Under the pieces are notes generated by a model that saw nothing but the letters and a program-made list of their open reading frames with translations, searched no databases and was not told where the DNA came from. Shown here piece after piece: positions 61,039 to 64,000 of a stretch of 64,000 nt of DNA. This stretch comes from Bacteroidota bacterium (GTDB lineage: Bacteria; Bacteroidota; Bacteroidia; Flavobacteriales; Weeksellaceae): the NCBI GenBank assembly GCA_023458535.1, contig JAEWYW010000062.1, positions 16,733 to 80,732 of the forward strand, in the 5' to 3' direction. The translations under genes were made by a program, and so were the position numbers. Numbering within the stretch: position 1 is the stretch's first letter; each line of letters opens with the position of its first letter.

Positions 61039-62451
61039 ATGAAAATAGAACAAATTTATACAGGATGTTTGGCTCAAGGCGCTTATTATATTGTTTCAAA
61101 TGGTGAAGCAGCCATCATTGATCCTCTTCGCGAAACTCAACCTTACATCGAAAGATTGCAAAAGGATAATGTAACTCTAAAATATATTTTCGAAACACAT
61201 TTTCACGCCGATTTTGTCAGCGGACATGTATATCTCAGTGAAAAAACGGCAGCACCAATTGTTTACGGACCGACTGCAAATCCAGATTTCGATGCGATTA
61301 TCGCTGAAGACGGTCAAATTTTCGAAGTGGGAAATGTGACAATTAAAGCTTTGCATACACCAGGCCACACATTGGAAAGTACAACTTATCTTTTAATGGA
61401 TGAAAACGGAAAAGAAGCGGCTATTTTCTCTGGTGATACCTTATTTTTAGGTGATGTTGGGCGTCCAGATTTGGCTCAGAAGGCTGCTGATATGACGCAG
61501 GAAGATTTAGCAGGTTTGCTATACGAATCGCTACAGAACAAGATTATGCCTATGTCGGACGAGATTACCGTTTATCCAGCACATGGTGCGGGTTCTGCAT
61601 GTGGAAAAAATATGCAGAAAGAAACGGTAGATACATTAGGAAATCAAAAGAAAACCAATTATGCACTCAATCAGCCGAACAAAGAGGCTTTCATTGAAGC
61701 TGTTACAGATGGATTGTTGCCGCCGCCTGCTTATTTTGGGATGAATGTAGCAATGAACAAACAAGGTTATCAAAATTTCGATGAGGTGCTTAACAAGGGC
61801 TTGCAGTCCCTTTCCGCAGATGAGTTTGAAAAAGTGGCAGAAAATAACAACGCTTTGATTTTGGATGTTCGTGCTGCTGAAGATTTCGCAAAAGCTTTTA
61901 TTCCACAATCTGTTAATATTGGTTTAAATGGTGATTTTGCGCCTTGGGTAGGTGCGTTAATTGGTGATGTAAAACAGCCTATTTTGTTAGTGACAGAAGT
62001 TGGAGATGAGGAAGAAACCGTTACCAGACTGAGTCGTGTAGGTTTTGATCATATTTTAGGCCATCTTAAAAATGGTTTTGAAACATGGAGAACTTCTGGA
62101 AAAGAAACGGACAATATCAACAGAATTTCTGTACAACAGTTTAATAATGAATTTAATGAAAATTCAAAAATAATTGACGTTCGTAAAGAAAGCGAATATG
62201 AAGCCGAACATGTTGAAAATGCTTACAACAGGCCTTTGGCGTATATCAACGAGTGGATTAATTCGGTGGATTCTAATGAGCATTTTTATATTCACTGTGC
62301 GGGTGGTTATCGCAGCATGATGGCTGCTAGTATTTTGCAGGCGCGTGGTTATCGCAATTTTTCTGAGGTTGAAGGTGGTTTTAATGCCATTTCAAAAACC
62401 AATATTCCTAAAACTGATTTTTCATGTCCTTCCAAAAAAATGCAATTATGA
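61039..62451 (+). CDS. MBL-fold persulfide dioxygenase-like / rhodanese fusion (CstB-like)
   Basis: ETHFHADF.SGH, HTPGHT, GDVGRPDL, PAHGAGS.CG; C-terminal rhodanese HCAGGYRS. Confidence 0.9.
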   Translation: MKIEQIYTGCLAQGAYYIVSNGEAAIIDPLRETQPYIERLQKDNVTLKYIFETHFHADFVSGHVYLSEKTAAPIVYGPTANPDFDAIIAEDGQIFEVGNVTIKALHTPGHTLESTTYLLMDENGKEAAIFSGDTLFLGDVGRPDLAQKAADMTQEDLAGLLYESLQNKIMPMSDEITVYPAHGAGSACGKNMQKETVDTLGNQKKTNYALNQPNKEAFIEAVTDGLLPPPAYFGMNVAMNKQGYQNFDEVLNKGLQSLSADEFEKVAENNNALILDVRAAEDFAKAFIPQSVNIGLNGDFAPWVGALIGDVKQPILLVTEVGDEEETVTRLSRVGFDHILGHLKNGFETWRTSGKETDNINRISVQQFNNEFNENSKIIDVRKESEYEAEHVENAYNRPLAYINEWINSVDSNEHFYIHCAGGYRSMMAASILQARGYRNFSEVEGGFNAISKTNIPKTDFSCPSKKMQL

Positions 62452-62765
62452 TTATCAATTTTTTAAAAAATATTTTTGGCTCTCAAAATTCACAACAACT
62501 GTCAGAAGCGATTGAAAATGGTGCTACCTTAATTGATGTTCGTTCAAAAGCTGAATTTAATTCAGGAAGTATCGACAAGGCTATTAATATTCCTTTAAAT
62601 GAAATTTCAAAACACATGGAAAAGCTAAAATATAAAGGAAGTATTGTTGTATTTTGCAGAAGTGGAATGCGCAGCAAACAAGCTCAATATATACTACAGC
62701 AAGCAGGGATTCCCCATGTTTTTAATGGCGGTTCTTTAATGAATATGAAAAAACTGATTTCTTAA
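62448..62765 (+). CDS. Rhodanese domain protein
   Basis: IDVRS..EF..G....INIP, FCRSGMRS; ATGA overlap with the upstream stop. Confidence 0.9.
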   Translation: MIINFLKNIFGSQNSQQLSEAIENGATLIDVRSKAEFNSGSIDKAINIPLNEISKHMEKLKYKGSIVVFCRSGMRSKQAQYILQQAGIPHVFNGGSLMNMKKLIS

Positions 62766-62776
62766 TACATTTAAAA

Positions 62777-63418
62777 ATGAATACAGAACAAAATAAAAAA
62801 ACCGATTTACAATGTTGCGCTACAAAATGCGACCTTCCGTTGGATGAAAAATATTGGGATAACCGCTGGGAAAACCAAGAAACTGCGTGGGATGTGGGTT
62901 ATGCATCGCCTCCAATTACCGATTATATGGACAAAATTGAGGATAAAAATATCTCGATCTTAATTCCGGGCTGCGGTAATGCTTATGAAGCAGAGTACCT
63001 CTTAAAAAAAGGTTTTCAAAATATCACGCTCATCGATATTGCTCCAAAAGCTGTTGAGATTTTGAAAAATAAATTCCGAAATGATCCGCAAATACAAGTG
63101 ATTTTAGGTGATTTTTTCGAGCATAAAGGAGAGTATGACTTGATGTTGGAACAGACTTTTTTCTGTGCTATACCGCCATCGATGCGACAAGATTATGCAA
63201 AGAAATCTGCAGAACTCCTACAACCAAAAGGTAAAATTGTAGGCGTAATGTTTGATGCTGTTTTCGAACATCCAGGTCCTCCATTCGGTGGTTGTCCGTG
63301 CGAGTACAAGCCTATATTTGAGCCCTTTTTCGAGATTAAAAAGATGGAGGAATGCTATAATTCGATCCCACCAAGAAAGGGCAGCGAAGTTTTTGTTGAA
63401 ATGCTTGTAAAAGATTAA
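62777..63418 (+). CDS. TPMT/thiol-halide SAM methyltransferase family
   Basis: YW..RW.....WD.G..SP, LIPGCGNAYEA, EQTFFCA, GPPFG. Confidence 0.9.
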   Translation: MNTEQNKKTDLQCCATKCDLPLDEKYWDNRWENQETAWDVGYASPPITDYMDKIEDKNISILIPGCGNAYEAEYLLKKGFQNITLIDIAPKAVEILKNKFRNDPQIQVILGDFFEHKGEYDLMLEQTFFCAIPPSMRQDYAKKSAELLQPKGKIVGVMFDAVFEHPGPPFGGCPCEYKPIFEPFFEIKKMEECYNSIPPRKGSEVFVEMLVKD

Positions 63419-63453
63419 ATTTTCAATTGTTAATTCAGTAATAAAATCAAATT

Positions 63454-63663
63454 ATGATTAGTTTTTTTAGAACACATCAAATTGTGGTTCTTGGCGTTGT
63501 CTTGGGAGCCATTGCAGGTTTTCTATATTGGAATTTCATAGGATGCAATTCAGGAAGTTGTGCCATCACCTCAAAACCTGTAAACAGTAGCAACTATGGG
63601 GCTTTAATGGGCGGTGTTTTGTTTTCGATGTTTAAAAAAGAACCAAAAAATAATAAAGAATAA
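63454..63663 (+). CDS. Small membrane protein (DUF6132-like)
   Basis: GA..G.LYW..IGC.SGSC.ITS.P..S..YG. Confidence 0.75.
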   Translation: MISFFRTHQIVVLGVVLGAIAGFLYWNFIGCNSGSCAITSKPVNSSNYGALMGGVLFSMFKKEPKNNKE

Positions 63664-63665
63664 AA

Positions 63666-64000
63666 ATGTTAGAACTTATAAAAAATCCGTGGCCGTGGTA
63701 TGTCGCAGGCCCTTTAATTGGTCTCACCGTGCCCATGCTCCTCATTTTAGGAAATAAAACCTTTGGCATCAGCTCGTCGCTTCGACATATTTGTGCGTCT
63801 TGTGCGCCATCGAATATTCCGTTTTTCAAATACAATTGGAAAAGTGAAATCTGGAACTTAGTATTTGTTTTGGGAATATTAATCGGAGGATTCGTAGCTT
63901 TTAATTTCCTCTCCAACGGTCAGCCAGTAGAAGTCAGTCACGAATTACAATCCGAATTGGCAGGCTACGGAATAACAGATTTTTCGAGTTTAATTCCGAC
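63666..64000 (+). CDS. YeeE/YedE thiosulfate transporter family (partial, runs off the window)
   Basis: Manual translation MLELIKNPWPWYVAGPLIG...GNKTFGISSSLRHICA...WNLVFVLGILIGGF. Confidence 0.88.
   Translation, partial: MLELIKNPWPWYVAGPLIGLTVPMLLILGNKTFGISSSLRHICASCAPSNIPFFKYNWKSEIWNLVFVLGILIGGFVAFNFLSNGQPVEVSHELQSELAGYGITDFSSLIP

Noticed and set aside
63632..63916. 94-aa minus-strand ORF
   Set aside because: Antisense to the partial YeeE/YedE gene

Overview
AT-rich chromosomal window from a Bacteroidota flavobacterium, most likely Weeksellaceae (Chryseobacterium-like), judged from protein families, gld genes and TAnnTTTG promoters. Most of it is housekeeping: lipB, split transketolase, pheS, FNR/ferredoxin, lgt, rarA, gldD, surA, queG, dnaX, DAHP synthase-chorismate mutase, rsgA, ndk, tRNA-Arg(ACG), mtgA, recF and lptB. 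The main accessory block (about 27.6-34.9 kb, minus strand) is an auxiliary type VI (T6SS-iii) module: tssD/hcp, vgrG, an unknown gene, a PAAR-like/TM/HINT/nuclease toxin and its immunity gene. It is followed by a decayed WHH-nuclease toxin cassette that begins with a 39-bp copy of the HINT end. Signals outside the ORF track include a Tyr/Phe/Trp-rich 46-codon leader ORF before DAHP synthase-chorismate mutase, a -1 slippery A10G site joining the two halves of dnaX, and two orphan promoter-terminator units that look like sRNAs antisense to start-codon contexts. There are also two copies of a structured Flavo-1-like element, a shared operator in a Crp/Fnr-linked sulfur cluster, palindromic operators before tssD, and many apparently leaderless genes. 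All calls come from reading the sequence; no database search was run.
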